This document shows positions 54,034 to 64,000 of a DNA stretch of 64,000 bases, in pieces; position 1 is the stretch's first letter; every line of letters starts with the position of its first letter. The notes under the pieces were generated by a model that was not told the DNA's origin, did no database searches, and saw only the letters and a list, made by a program, of their open reading frames with translations. Source of the stretch: an uncultured Desulfarculus sp. (GTDB taxonomy: Bacteria; Desulfobacterota; Desulfarculia; Desulfarculales; Desulfarculaceae); assembly GCA_963665125.2 (NCBI GenBank), contig CAXXUK010000001.1, positions 2,144,001 to 2,208,000 on the forward strand, written 5' to 3'. The translations under genes were made by a program, and so were the position numbers.

Positions 54034-55284
54034 ATGCGCGGCGAAATAATCTGCATCGGCGATGAACTGATAAGCGGCCGGGTTGCCGAAGGCAACTCCC
54101 GGTACGCCATGAGCCGTCTCAACCCTTTGGGTTTCGTTGTGCGCTGGGTGGGTATTGTCGGCGACATACCCGAAGACATCACCCACGCCCTGACTCAGGC
54201 CCTGGAGCGGGCGGATTTCGTTATCTGCTGCGGCGGACTGGGGGCCACTGACGACGACATAACGGCCAAGGTGGCGGCCCAGGTCTTCGGCCTGGAATTG
54301 ACCGAGAGCAAGCGCATGGTGGCCAACCTGCGCGCATGCTTCCAGGCCATGGGCATGGAGATGCCCCAGGAGGCCCGCAAGATGGCCTGGCTGCCCGACG
54401 GCGCCAAGGTCTTATGCCCCACCTGCGCCGGGTTCAAGCTCAGCGCCCCGGACGGCAAACCGGTGTTTTTCCTGCCCGGAGTGCCCCGGGAGATGCGCCG
54501 CCTGGTCGACCACAACGTCATCCCCGAACTTCTGTCGTATTTTGGCGAGGGACTGGCCGTGGTCAGCCGCAAGCTGCGCGTCTTCGGCTCGGAAGAGGCC
54601 GAGGTCTGCACCAAGCTCGAAGGTCTGGCCAAAGACGTAGAAGGCGCGTCCGTGGGTTATTATCCGGTGTTTCCAGAGGTGCAGGTTCAGATCAGCATCG
54701 TGGGCAAGGACCCCGACGCCCTGACCGCCAGCCTGGACAAGCTCGTGTCCAGGGCCCAGGAACTGCTGGGCAGCCGCGTGGTGGCCGGAGACGACCCGCT
54801 TGAGGAGGTGGTGGGCCGTAAATTGCGCGATCAGAGCCTGAGCCTGAGCCTGGCAGAGTCATGCACCGGCGGGCTGATCAGCCACCGCGTCACCAGCCGC
54901 CCAGGCTCTTCGGACTATTTCAACCGCGGCCTGATAGTATATTCCAACCAGGCCAAACAGGAACTGTTGGGCGTAAGGGCCGAAACTCTGCGCGACCATG
55001 GCGCGGTGAGCGCCCAGTGCGCTGCCGAGATGGCCAGGGGCGTCCAAGAGCGCTCAGGCTCGGATCTGGGTCTGTCGGTGACGGGCATTGCCGGGCCGGG
55101 CGGCGGCACGCCTGACAAACCGGTGGGCACGGTTTTTTTCGGCCTGGCCGATGCCACGGGCGTGCGCAGCGAAGGCTATGAATTCAAGGGCACCCGTTCG
55201 ATGATCAAGGCCCTGGCCGCGGAAAACGCCCTGGACTGGCTGCGGCGCTATCTGGAGGACCATGCGTTTATTCATAGCTCTTGA
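54034..55284 (+). CDS. cinA: Competence/damage-inducible protein CinA (MoCF-biosynthesis-like plus PncC domain)
   Basis: IGDELISG, GGLG.T.DDIT, LPGVPREM, AESCTGG and TGIAGPGGG motifs. Confidence 0.93.
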   Translation: MRGEIICIGDELISGRVAEGNSRYAMSRLNPLGFVVRWVGIVGDIPEDITHALTQALERADFVICCGGLGATDDDITAKVAAQVFGLELTESKRMVANLRACFQAMGMEMPQEARKMAWLPDGAKVLCPTCAGFKLSAPDGKPVFFLPGVPREMRRLVDHNVIPELLSYFGEGLAVVSRKLRVFGSEEAEVCTKLEGLAKDVEGASVGYYPVFPEVQVQISIVGKDPDALTASLDKLVSRAQELLGSRVVAGDDPLEEVVGRKLRDQSLSLSLAESCTGGLISHRVTSRPGSSDYFNRGLIVYSNQAKQELLGVRAETLRDHGAVSAQCAAEMARGVQERSGSDLGLSVTGIAGPGGGTPDKPVGTVFFGLADATGVRSEGYEFKGTRSMIKALAAENALDWLRRYLEDHAFIHSS

Positions 55285-55837
55285 GCTTCCCGAAAACGTC
55301 ATCCGCCACGCCGCCGGGATCATCGGCAGGTTGAAGCGCAGCGGCCCTGATATAAAATGGGTGAGGCCCGAGTCACTGCACATTACGCTGAAATTTTTAG
55401 GCGATGTCGAAAAGGATGAAGCCGACGACTTGGCCATGGATTTGGGCGTTGCCTATGGCAATGGCAGGCCCCTGGATCTGTCCGTCGGCGGTTGCGGGGC
55501 CTTCCCCAACCCCAAGCAGCCCAGCGTGATCTGGCTGGGGCTCAACGGCGACACCCAGGGTCTGGTCCGCCTGGCAGCCAAGACCGAGGTCATTTGCGAA
55601 GCCCATGGTTTTCCCAGGGAAAAGCGCGCCTTCAAGCCGCACCTCACCCTGGGCCGGGCCCGCCGGGGCAAAGGCCCGAACACCAGCTTGGCTCCACTCA
55701 GCGCGGCCATCGCCGCCGCAGTCAGGGAGAGCAGCAATGGCCCCAGCTTCCGGGCCGACACCATCGTGCTGATGCAAAGCACTCTGACGCCCAAGGGCGC
55801 TATATATAATCCGGTTACGAAATTCAATCTGGGCTGA
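55262..55837 (+). CDS. thpR: RNA 2',3'-cyclic phosphodiesterase (2H family)
   Basis: MRLFIA and two HxT motifs (HITLKFLG, PHLTLGR). Confidence 0.92.
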   Translation: MRLFIALELPENVIRHAAGIIGRLKRSGPDIKWVRPESLHITLKFLGDVEKDEADDLAMDLGVAYGNGRPLDLSVGGCGAFPNPKQPSVIWLGLNGDTQGLVRLAAKTEVICEAHGFPREKRAFKPHLTLGRARRGKGPNTSLAPLSAAIAAAVRESSNGPSFRADTIVLMQSTLTPKGAIYNPVTKFNLG

Positions 55838-55864
55838 TTAAGCCTTTAAAAACGGGAGACGACC

Positions 55865-56920
55865 ATGGCCGCCAAAGAAACCGAAAGCCAGATGCGGGAA
55901 AAGGCCATTGACGCCGCTTTGAAGCAGATCGAACGCAATTTCGGACGCGGCTCCATCATGCGCCTGGGCTCCGAAGACATAATCCAGGACGTCACGGCCA
56001 TTTCCACCGGCTCCCTGGGCCTGGACCTGGCCACCGGCGTGGGCGGTATTCCCCACGGCCGCGTGACCGAGATCTATGGCCCGGAATCATCGGGCAAAAC
56101 CACCCTTGCCCTGCATGTTATCGCCGAGGCCCAGAAGACCGGCGGCGTGGCGGCATTCATCGACGCCGAACACGCCCTGGACGTCTCCTATGCCCGCAAA
56201 CTGGGCGTAAACGTCGACGATCTGCTGGTCAGCCAACCCGACACCGGCGAACAGGCCCTGGACATCACCGAGATCCTGGTTCGCTCCGGCGCGGTGGACG
56301 TGCTGGTCATCGACTCGGTGGCCGCCCTGGTACCCCGTGCCGAACTGGAAGGCGAGATGGGTGACAGCCACGTGGGGCTCCAGGCCCGGCTGATGAGCCA
56401 GGCCATGCGCAAGCTCACCAGCGTCATCGCCAAAAGCCGCACGGCGGTGATCTTCATCAACCAGATCCGCATGAAGATCGGCGTCATGTTCGGCAACCCG
56501 GAAACCACCACCGGCGGCAACGCCCTGAAATTCTATTCCTCGTTGCGCCTTGATATCCGCAGCATCGGCAAGATCAAGGACGGGGACACTGAAATCGGCC
56601 GCCGCTCAAGGGTCAAGGTCGTCAAGAACAAGGTGGCCCCGCCCTTCCGCCAGGCCGAGTTTGACGTCATGTTCGGCCTGGGCATCAATAAATTGGGTGA
56701 ATTGGTGGACCTTGGAGTTGCCCAAGATATTGTCACAAAGAGCGGCGCCTGGTATTCATATGGCGAAGAACGCCTTGGCCAAGGCCGTGAAAACGCCTGC
56801 AATCATTTGCGCGAAAATCCGGACCTTGCCGCGGACATCGAGTCGCGGCTCAAAGCTTCATTGGGCATGGTCAAGACCGAGCCCGGCGAGGACTCGGATC
56901 AGGAAACGCAGCAGGCCTAA
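55865..56920 (+). CDS. recA: Recombinase A
   Basis: [25 protein letters not shown] and GGNALKFY motifs. Confidence 0.99.
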   Translation: MAAKETESQMREKAIDAALKQIERNFGRGSIMRLGSEDIIQDVTAISTGSLGLDLATGVGGIPHGRVTEIYGPESSGKTTLALHVIAEAQKTGGVAAFIDAEHALDVSYARKLGVNVDDLLVSQPDTGEQALDITEILVRSGAVDVLVIDSVAALVPRAELEGEMGDSHVGLQARLMSQAMRKLTSVIAKSRTAVIFINQIRMKIGVMFGNPETTTGGNALKFYSSLRLDIRSIGKIKDGDTEIGRRSRVKVVKNKVAPPFRQAEFDVMFGLGINKLGELVDLGVAQDIVTKSGAWYSYGEERLGQGRENACNHLRENPDLAADIESRLKASLGMVKTEPGEDSDQETQQA

Positions 56921-56955
56921 GGCCGCGCCGTAAACACATCAGCTAAGGATTACCC

Positions 56956-59619
56956 ATGGCTCTTTCAGGCAATGAGCTTCGCAACAAGTTTCTAGACTAC
57001 TTCGCATCGCAAAACCATCGTGTGGTGACCAGCGGTCCGCTGGTGCCCAAGGACGACCCGACCCTGCTGTTTACCAACGCGGGCATGGTCCAGTTTAAAA
57101 AGCTGTTTCTGGGCCAGGAAAAACGCGACTACAGCCGGGCCACCACCAGCCAGAAGTGCTTCCGGGCATCGGGCAAGCACAACGACCTGGAGAACGTGGG
57201 CCGCACCCCCCGCCACCACACCTTTTTCGAGATGCTGGGCAACTTCAGCTTTGGCGACTACTTCAAGCAGGATGCCATCAGATTCGCCTGGGAACTTCTG
57301 ACCGACGGCTATGGCCTGGACCCGGAAAAGCTTTGGGTCAGCGTCCATGAAAGCGACGCCGACGCCGAAAAACTGTGGCAGTCAGAGGTCGGCGTGCGTC
57401 CCGAACGCATCGTGCGCCTGGGCGATGCCGACAACTTCTGGTCCATGGGCGACACCGGCCCCTGCGGCCCCTGCTCGGAGATCCACATCGACCAGGGCCC
57501 GGAAATGGGCTGCGGCCGGCCCGACTGCGCCGTTGGCTGCGATTGCAGCCGCTACCTGGAGCTGTGGAACCTGGTGTTCATGCAGTACAACCGCGACGAG
57601 ACCGGCAAGATGACACCGCTGCCCAAGCCCAGCATCGACACTGGCATGGGCCTGGAGCGCATCGCCGCGGTGGTCCAGGGCAAACACAGCAACTATGACA
57701 GCGACCTGTTCACGCCGATCCTCAGCCGCGCCGCCGATCTGGCCGAAATCAGCTACGGCGGAGACGCCGAGATGGACATCAGCCTGCGGGTCATCGCCGA
57801 CCACGCCAGGGCCTGCACCTTCCTGATTTCCGACGGCATCCTGCCCAGCAACGAGGGCCGGGGCTACGTTCTGCGGCGCATCCTGCGCCGAGGCGCCCGC
57901 CACGGCCGCAAGCTGGGCCTGCACAAGCCTTTCCTGCACACGGTGGCCATGGCCGTTATCGACGAGATGGTGGGGGCCTACCCCGGCCTCAAGGATTCCC
58001 GAGCCTTTGTGGACAAGGTCATCACCAGCGAGGAAGAGCGTTTTAACGAGACCCTGGACACCGGCCTCAAGCTCTTGTACGACGCCCTGGGCGAGGCCAA
58101 GGCCAAGGGCGAAAAGGCCCTTTCCGGCGGTGTAGCCTTCAAGCTCTACGACACCTTCGGCTTCCCGGTGGACCTGACCCGCACCATCTGCGAGGAAGAA
58201 GGCCTGACCGTTGACGAACCGGGCTTCGAGCAGTCCATGAAGCAGCAGAAAGACCGCTCACGGGCCTCCTGGAAGGGTTCCGGCGAAGAGGCACTCAGCG
58301 GCGTGCTGGCCGAATTGGGCTCCAACGGCTTCAAAACCACCTTTACCGGCTATCAGGGTCTGGAAGGCGAAGGCAAGGTCGAGGCGCTCATCGTTGACGG
58401 CCAGGAAGTCGATTCGGTGGGCGCTGGCCAAAAGGCCGAGTTGGTGGCGGCCGAGACGCCGTTCTACGGCGAAGGCGGCGGCCAGGTTGGCGACATCGGC
58501 GCGATCGCCGGGCCGAGCGGCAAGGCCACGGTCACCGGCACCCTCAAGCCGGGCGGCGACATCTTCGTGCACGGCATCGAGGTCATCGAAGGTTCCATCG
58601 CCAAGGGCGACGAGATCCACCTGGCGGTCGACCACGACGCCCGTTGCAGCACGGCCGGCAACCATACGGCCACCCACCTGCTGCATTCGGCCCTGCGCAA
58701 GGTCCTTGGCGATCACGTAAAGCAGGCCGGATCTATGGTCTCGCCCCAGCGCCTGCGCTTCGACTTTTCTCACTTCGAGGCCATGACACCGCCGCAGATT
58801 CAGGAAGTCGAGCGCCTGGTCAACGAAGGCGTCTTGGCCAACATAGAATTGCAGACCCACATAATGAAGGCCAACGACGCCATGGAAAGCGGGGCAACGG
58901 CCCTGTTCGGCGAAAAATACGGCGACGAAGTTCGGGTCGTGGAGATTCCCGGTGTTTCCAAGGAACTCTGCGGCGGCACCCATGCCCGGCGCACCGGCGA
59001 CATCGGCCTGTTCAAAATCGTCGCCGAATCGTCCGTTGCCGCCGGCGTGCGGCGCGTCGAGGCCCTGACCGGCAAGGCGGCCCTTGAAGCGGTCCAAGCC
59101 CTGGAGGCCGAGACCCAAAAGGCCGCGGCGGCCCTCAAGGCCCGGCCCTCCGAGTTGTCCGAGCGCATTGAAAAGCTATTGGCCTCCCTCAAGGACCGCG
59201 AGCGCGAGGTGGCCGAACTCAAGACCAAGCTGGCCGGTGCGGGCGGCGGCCGGGACATCCTCTCAGAGGCCGTCAAGATCGGCGACACCAAGCTGCTGGC
59301 CGTCAAGATCGAGATCGACAATCCCAAGGCCCTGCGGACGGTCTCCGATGATCTGTTGGGCAAATTGGGCTCCGGCGTGCTGGTGTTGGGGGCTGCGGCC
59401 GAGGGCAAGGCCTTCCTGCTGGTCCGGGTGACCCAGGATCTGACCGGCATGTTCCACGCGGGTAATATCATCAAGGAACTGGCGCCAATCGTGGGCGGCG
59501 GCGGCGGCGGCAAGCCCGACATGGCCCAGGCAGGCGGCCAGAATCCGGCCAAGCTAGACGAGGCCATGGCCAGGGCAAGGGAATTGGTGCAGTCCCAGGC
59601 AGAGGCGGCCAAGGCCTAG
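56956..59619 (+). CDS. alaS: Alanine--tRNA ligase
   Basis: FTNAGMVQFK, HHTFFEMLGNFSFGDYFK, DTGMGLER, HTATHLL, ELCGGTH and GGGGG motifs. Confidence 0.98.
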   Translation: MALSGNELRNKFLDYFASQNHRVVTSGPLVPKDDPTLLFTNAGMVQFKKLFLGQEKRDYSRATTSQKCFRASGKHNDLENVGRTPRHHTFFEMLGNFSFGDYFKQDAIRFAWELLTDGYGLDPEKLWVSVHESDADAEKLWQSEVGVRPERIVRLGDADNFWSMGDTGPCGPCSEIHIDQGPEMGCGRPDCAVGCDCSRYLELWNLVFMQYNRDETGKMTPLPKPSIDTGMGLERIAAVVQGKHSNYDSDLFTPILSRAADLAEISYGGDAEMDISLRVIADHARACTFLISDGILPSNEGRGYVLRRILRRGARHGRKLGLHKPFLHTVAMAVIDEMVGAYPGLKDSRAFVDKVITSEEERFNETLDTGLKLLYDALGEAKAKGEKALSGGVAFKLYDTFGFPVDLTRTICEEEGLTVDEPGFEQSMKQQKDRSRASWKGSGEEALSGVLAELGSNGFKTTFTGYQGLEGEGKVEALIVDGQEVDSVGAGQKAELVAAETPFYGEGGGQVGDIGAIAGPSGKATVTGTLKPGGDIFVHGIEVIEGSIAKGDEIHLAVDHDARCSTAGNHTATHLLHSALRKVLGDHVKQAGSMVSPQRLRFDFSHFEAMTPPQIQEVERLVNEGVLANIELQTHIMKANDAMESGATALFGEKYGDEVRVVEIPGVSKELCGGTHARRTGDIGLFKIVAESSVAAGVRRVEALTGKAALEAVQALEAETQKAAAALKARPSELSERIEKLLASLKDREREVAELKTKLAGAGGGRDILSEAVKIGDTKLLAVKIEIDNPKALRTVSDDLLGKLGSGVLVLGAAAEGKAFLLVRVTQDLTGMFHAGNIIKELAPIVGGGGGGKPDMAQAGGQNPAKLDEAMARARELVQSQAEAAKA

Positions 59620-59640
59620 TCCGAATCAAAAGAGGCAACC

Positions 59641-59677
59641 AACGGGCGTTCCCAAACGGAGCGCCCGTTTTTATTTT
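59641..59677 (+). terminator. Intrinsic terminator after alaS
   Basis: AACGGGCGTTCC/GGAGCGCCCGTT stem followed by TTTATTTT. Confidence 0.75.
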
Positions 59678-60168
59678 CCGGCCTTTACGGCCCGGCGGCC
59701 CATATCCCACACCACCAAATGATGAAACGGGCGGATCAGGTTGAAGTAAAGCGGCCCGATCATGTTGCGGTAATGCACGATTGTCACCAGATAATGCCTG
59801 CAGGCATTCCCGGCCGGTTCGCAAACGTCCACGAGTATGGCCTCAAGGTGAGAGTCGGCGATGCTTGCCGCCCAAAGCTCGCCTTCGCTGGCCGCCTTAA
59901 CGGTCCACATTCCAACGACGGACCCTGGCTGCATGGGCACATCCTGGGGCCGATAATCAAGTTTGGCCGGGGTCTGATGCGCGAGGCCCAGGACCTTGGC
60001 CAACCAGCCCCGCGCCTTATAGAGAAAACTCATCCAGCCCGGAGCCCGGCCAAACAGGCCGGCGACGAACAGGCGCAAATCCGCCGGCCCCTCAAATACC
60101 TTACAGTCCACATGATCGGCGTCTCGCGTCAACTCATTCAAGATTGAATTGGCGGGCAGTGTGGCCAT
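59671..60168 (-). CDS. DUF2867 domain protein
   Basis: ADHVD, P.W...L...R, D.HL, T.VHY.N..G..YF..I.PFH pattern. Confidence 0.8.
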   Translation of the reverse strand: MATLPANSILNELTRDADHVDCKVFEGPADLRLFVAGLFGRAPGWMSFLYKARGWLAKVLGLAHQTPAKLDYRPQDVPMQPGSVVGMWTVKAASEGELWAASIADSHLEAILVDVCEPAGNACRHYLVTIVHYRNMIGPLYFNLIRPFHHLVVWDMGRRAVKAGK

Positions 60169-60185
60169 CCAGGCAACTCCAAAAC

Positions 60186-60220
60186 AAAAGGGACGCTGCG
60201 GCTTCTGGCAGCGTCCCCTT
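60186..60220 (-). terminator. Intrinsic terminator after bamD
   Basis: GGGACGCTGC/GCAGCGTCCC stem with an A tract on the plus strand (T tract on the minus strand). Confidence 0.7.
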
Positions 60221-60243
60221 GGAAATCGTCTCGGCGCAACAGC

Positions 60244-61122
60244 TTAGTAAGGCTCGTCCCTGGAAACCTCGGTGGCCGGGAACGGCTGTTCGGCGTGCTC
60301 TTCGAGCTTTTGATCTTTTTCAGCCTGTTTTTTAACCTTTTCCTCTTCGATGGTCTCCTCGTCCGTTTGACCGGCAGCCACCTCGGCGGCTTCCTTGGCC
60401 GCTTCCTCGGCCTTTTCAGCTTCTTCTTCGGCCAGATCGTTTTGCGCGTTGCGCATTCCGGTCATGGCTTCATCGTAGAGCCCCACGTCGGGATATTTGG
60501 TCAACACCTTGTCAAAACGGTGAATCGCAGCCTTGTATTTATCGATGCTGTAATAGAACTGCGCGACTTCGAGATCGTGCTCTGCGGCCCTAGCCGCTGA
60601 TTCCTGCAAACGGGGCATTGCCTTGATCGACCATTCGTTGTTGGGATAGTCGCGAACCAGTTTCTGGAAGGCCTTCATGGACTTTTCGGCAAAGGTTGGG
60701 TCGCGGTCCGGCGTTAGCATCTGGGCGTGGTAGACCATGCCTATCTGATACATTGCGTAGGGCACGCCCTCGTTCTTGGGATGCAGCCTGATGAAGTCCT
60801 CGTAAGACAGAACCGCTTCATCAAAACGATCGGATTTGAAATAGGCGTCACCCACCCGCAGGTCGGCCAGAAGGGCAAACTTGCTGTAAGGATAGCGGTC
60901 CTTGAGTTGCTGGAATGATTCAGCCGCTTCCTCATATTCGCCGTCTTGGTAAAGCTGCTCGGCCTCGGTGGCCAAAACCTGGGCGGGCGTGTCAAACGCC
61001 TGCTCGGCCCCGTCGCCGGTGGAACCACTGAAAAAGTTGCTGACAGTGGAGCAGCCTGAGACAAAGGCCAGACAAATCAGCATTCCTGCCAGGGCAAAGA
61101 ATTTGCTCTTGGAAATAATCAT
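60244..61122 (-). CDS. bamD: Outer membrane protein assembly factor BamD
   Basis: Lipobox VSGC, TPR repeats (YPYS, FIRLHP, YAMY, DRD, A.FY). Confidence 0.9.
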   Translation of the reverse strand: MIISKSKFFALAGMLICLAFVSGCSTVSNFFSGSTGDGAEQAFDTPAQVLATEAEQLYQDGEYEEAAESFQQLKDRYPYSKFALLADLRVGDAYFKSDRFDEAVLSYEDFIRLHPKNEGVPYAMYQIGMVYHAQMLTPDRDPTFAEKSMKAFQKLVRDYPNNEWSIKAMPRLQESAARAAEHDLEVAQFYYSIDKYKAAIHRFDKVLTKYPDVGLYDEAMTGMRNAQNDLAEEEAEKAEEAAKEAAEVAAGQTDEETIEEEKVKKQAEKDQKLEEHAEQPFPATEVSRDEPY

Positions 61123-62039
61123 TCCTGCTCTTCCAGGTAGCGTTGTGCCGCGAACGCAGCGGTGGCACCCTCACCGGCAGCCACCACTATCTGGCGCAGC
61201 AGTTTGCTGCAGCAATCCCCAGCCGCGAAAACGCCGGGCATGCTGGTTTTCTGGTCGCCAAAGGTCTTGATAAAACCGCGGTCGTCAAGCTCGATGGCAC
61301 CGGTGCAGAAGCCCGTGGCTGGTTTGGTGCCTACAAAGACAAATACGCCATCGCAGTCCAGATCAAACTGGCGATCCTGTTTGAGGTCCTTCAGAGTGAT
61401 GCTTTTGACCCCGTCAGCGCCGTTTACAGATATCGGCACGTGGGACCATAGCATCTCAATCTTTTCGTTGGCCAACACCCGCTCTTGAAGGATTTTCGTT
61501 GCCCGTAATTCATCGCGGCGGTGGGCCAGATAAACTTTTTTGGCGAACTTGGTCAGAAACAGCGCCTCTTCAGCGGCGGTGTCGCCGCCGCCCAGACAGA
61601 CCACCGTCTGTTCGCGGTAAAACGGCGCGTCGCAGGTGCCACAATAGGAGACGCCCTTGCCTGTCAGTTCCGCCTCGCCGGGGATGCCCAACTCGGCCGG
61701 TTGGGCGCCCATGGTCAGGATCACGGCCTTGGACTGGATCTGACCGTCGGCAAAGTGAAGCACCGGCCTGCCGTCAACGTTGTCAAGGCCCGTAACTTCC
61801 CGGCTGGCGATCTCCAGGCCGAATTTCAAGGCATGATCACGCATGCGGTCGGCCAAATCAAAACCACTGACACCGTCCATATCGCCGGGCCAGTTTTCGA
61901 TCCAATCGGTGCTGAGCACCTGACCACCGGGGCTCAGGCGCTCATACATCACCACGTCCATCCGCGCACGGGCGGCATAAAGACCGGCGGTGAGCCCGGC
62001 AGGCCCTCCGCCGACAATCACCAAATCACGGCTTTCCAT
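61119..62039 (-). CDS. trxB: Thioredoxin reductase
   Basis: GGGPAG, GVSYCGTCD, GGGDTA.EEA, HRR and FAAGD motifs. Confidence 0.95.
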   Translation of the reverse strand: MESRDLVIVGGGPAGLTAGLYAARARMDVVMYERLSPGGQVLSTDWIENWPGDMDGVSGFDLADRMRDHALKFGLEIASREVTGLDNVDGRPVLHFADGQIQSKAVILTMGAQPAELGIPGEAELTGKGVSYCGTCDAPFYREQTVVCLGGGDTAAEEALFLTKFAKKVYLAHRRDELRATKILQERVLANEKIEMLWSHVPISVNGADGVKSITLKDLKQDRQFDLDCDGVFVFVGTKPATGFCTGAIELDDRGFIKTFGDQKTSMPGVFAAGDCCSKLLRQIVVAAGEGATAAFAAQRYLEEQE

Positions 62040-62060
62040 TTTCCAACTTTCGCCGTAGGT

Positions 62061-62387
62061 CTACAGCACCTTTTTCATGGCTTCTTCGATGTGGGCCTTG
62101 CTCACCGCGCCGGTGATCTGGTCCACCATCTCGCCGCCCTTGAACAGAATCAGGGTCGGGATTGCCCGAATGCCGTATTGACCAGGGGTCTTGGGACTTT
62201 CATCCACATTGAGCTTGGCCACTTTGACCTTGCCGGAGTAATCCTCGGAAAGTTCCTCGACCACCGGAGCGATAGCCCGGCAGGGGCCGCACCAGGAGGC
62301 CCAGAAATCGACCAAGGCGGGAAGATCGGACTGAAGGATTTCCTTTTCAAAGGTCTCGTCACTGACCTGCAGAACGTTGCCAGCCAT
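62061..62387 (-). CDS. trxA: Thioredoxin
   Basis: DFWASWCGPC and IPT motifs. Confidence 0.97.
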   Translation of the reverse strand: MAGNVLQVSDETFEKEILQSDLPALVDFWASWCGPCRAIAPVVEELSEDYSGKVKVAKLNVDESPKTPGQYGIRAIPTLILFKGGEMVDQITGAVSKAHIEEAMKKVL

Positions 62388-62460
62388 GAAAGCCTGCTCC
62401 TTTTGACTACTTATTTAGTGGCGCGGCCCAACCGAGCCGGGATAACTGTTTAGTCTTTAA

Positions 62461-62489
62461 TTTATATGGTTCAAACCATATATTGTCAA
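62461..62489 (-). promoter_or_regulatory. sigma70 promoter of trxA-trxB-bamD with a perfect 9-bp dyad
   Basis: Minus-strand TTGACA-17 nt-TATAAA; TATATGGTT-CA-AACCATATA at 62463-62482. Confidence 0.65.
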
Positions 62490-62598
62490 ATCAATAGGTA
62501 TATCATTGACCATGCTTAATTGTGCGTGTCTTGCCATGTGGTTGTTGACACGATCACCTTGCGAATGTTTATGATGCGCCAACCTCAAGGAGTTTGCA

Positions 62599-63936
62599 AT
62601 GGCCAAAGTGCGTGCGGTGTTCGTCTGTCAGAACTGCGGGGCCAGCCAGCCCAAGTGGCTGGGGCGCTGCCCCTCCTGCGACGCCTGGGACAGTCTGGTG
62701 GAACAAACCGCACCATCGGCCGCATCAGGCGCCTCACCCTCCGCCACGCCGGTTCCCCTTAGCGCGGCCGGCGGCATGGACTACCAGCGCACCGAAATCG
62801 GCGTCAGCGAGCTTGACCGCGTCCTGGGGGGCGGCCTGGCCCGGGGCATGGCCATAGTGGTGGGCGGAGAGCCGGGCATCGGCAAATCCACGCTCATGCT
62901 TCAGGTGGCGGCCAGGCTTTCGCGACGCGGCCAAAAGGTCTTGTATGTATCGGCCGAGGAGTCAGTGCATCAGGTGGGCCTGCGGGCCGACCGCCTGGGC
63001 GTGGACGGCCCCAGTGTTGACGTGCTGGCGGAAACTACCCTGGAGCCCGTGTTGGAGCTTATGGCCGGGGGCGGCTACGGAGCCGTGGTGGTGGACTCGG
63101 TGCAGACCGTTCGTAGCGCCGAGATGGGCGGCGCGGCCGGTTCGGTGAGCCAGGTGCGGCACTGCGCCGCCGAGCTGATCAACCTGGCCAAGGCCAAAGG
63201 CGCGGCGCTGTTTCTGGTGGGCCATGTGACCAAGGAAGGCTCCCTGGCCGGGCCCAGGGTCTTGGAGCACATGGTGGACACGGTATTGCACTTCGAGTCC
63301 GAGCCGTCCATGCGCCTGCGCCTGCTGCGGGCCATCAAAAACCGTTTCGGCGCCACCGACGAGGTGGGGGTGTTCGAAATGAGCGAGCGTGGCCTGATCC
63401 CGGTCAGCGACCCGTCGGCCGTGCTGTTGGCCAACCGGCCGGCAGGAGCCCCGGGCAGCGTGGTCTGCGCGGCGGTCACCGGCACCAGACCTCTGTTGGT
63501 GGAAATCCAGGCCCTGGTCAGCCCCTCTGGCCTGGCCGTGCCCCGGAGGCAGGCCCTGGGCGTGGATTCGGGCCGGTTGGCCATGCTCTGCGCGGTGCTC
63601 TCGATCCACGCAGGGCTTGATCTTTCGGGCTGCGACGTGTTCGTCAACGTGGCCGGGGGTATCAAGCTCACCGAACCGGCGGCGGATCTGGCCGTGGCCA
63701 TGGCCATGGCCAGCAGTCTGCGGAGCGCTCCCGCGCCCCACGACGCGGTGTATTTCGGAGAAATAGGCCTGGCCGGTGAGCTGCGGGCCGTTGGCCGCAC
63801 CCAGGCCCGCCTGGCCGAGGCGTCCCGCCAGGGATTCAAACAGGCCCACACGGCCACGGGCGGCAAGGAAAACCAAAACAACATCAAGGTCGTGCGCAGC
63901 TCAAACCTGAGCATGATGCTAGAGCGCAACTTGTAG
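62599..63936 (+). CDS. radA: DNA repair protein RadA/Sms
   Basis: CQNCG...GRCPSC zinc finger, GEPGIGKST, KNRFG and Lon-like C-terminus. Confidence 0.96.
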   Translation: MAKVRAVFVCQNCGASQPKWLGRCPSCDAWDSLVEQTAPSAASGASPSATPVPLSAAGGMDYQRTEIGVSELDRVLGGGLARGMAIVVGGEPGIGKSTLMLQVAARLSRRGQKVLYVSAEESVHQVGLRADRLGVDGPSVDVLAETTLEPVLELMAGGGYGAVVVDSVQTVRSAEMGGAAGSVSQVRHCAAELINLAKAKGAALFLVGHVTKEGSLAGPRVLEHMVDTVLHFESEPSMRLRLLRAIKNRFGATDEVGVFEMSERGLIPVSDPSAVLLANRPAGAPGSVVCAAVTGTRPLLVEIQALVSPSGLAVPRRQALGVDSGRLAMLCAVLSIHAGLDLSGCDVFVNVAGGIKLTEPAADLAVAMAMASSLRSAPAPHDAVYFGEIGLAGELRAVGRTQARLAEASRQGFKQAHTATGGKENQNNIKVVRSSNLSMMLERNL

Positions 63937-64000
63937 TCAATATCAGGCCCGGCGTCGCGCGGCATTGCACCGGACCGGACAAGGGAAACAAACATGGACA

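Noticed and set aside
62545..62575. TTGACA-19 nt-TATGAT upstream of radA as a MerR-type promoter
   Set aside because: No dyad in the spacer and no MerR gene nearby.
63994..64000. ATG after an AAGGGA RBS at the window end
   Set aside because: Only two codons are visible, so it cannot be annotated.

Overview
GC-rich bacterial chromosome segment. Gene content and order suggest a Desulfobacterota/deltaproteobacterium (inference). It contains: (1) LPS/envelope and housekeeping genes (lapA/lapB-like, lptFG, dgt, yqeY-mutS2-dnaG-rpoD, icd, comF, rfaE2, trmI, cinA-thpR-recA-alaS, trxA-trxB-bamD, radA); (2) an acyl-CoA/beta-oxidation cluster (two thiolases, crotonase, two acyl-CoA dehydrogenases, acyl-CoA ligase, MeaB, XRE-cupin regulator) preceded by an HTH-WYL-like regulator; (3) a nitrogen-assimilation region (nrpR divergent from nadE-GATase-gltB-gltD-nifA/anfA-like, then porin-amtB-glnK, and glnA). 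The nitrogen region has two sigma54 promoters with TAC-N6-GTA upstream sites, a candidate NrpR operator, and PII/GS proteins lacking their covalent-modification tyrosines; (4) a low-GC single-gene islet (46.0-48.25 kb) encoding a P-loop NTPase fused to a PD-(D/E)XK nuclease, a candidate anti-phage gene. The islet lies in an interleaved duplication A-cargo1-B-A'-cargo2-B'; (5) a hairpin-rich MITE/REP-like element between dgt and rpoD. No rRNA, tRNA, CRISPR array, integrase or transposase was seen. All assignments come from motif recognition by eye; no database searches were run.
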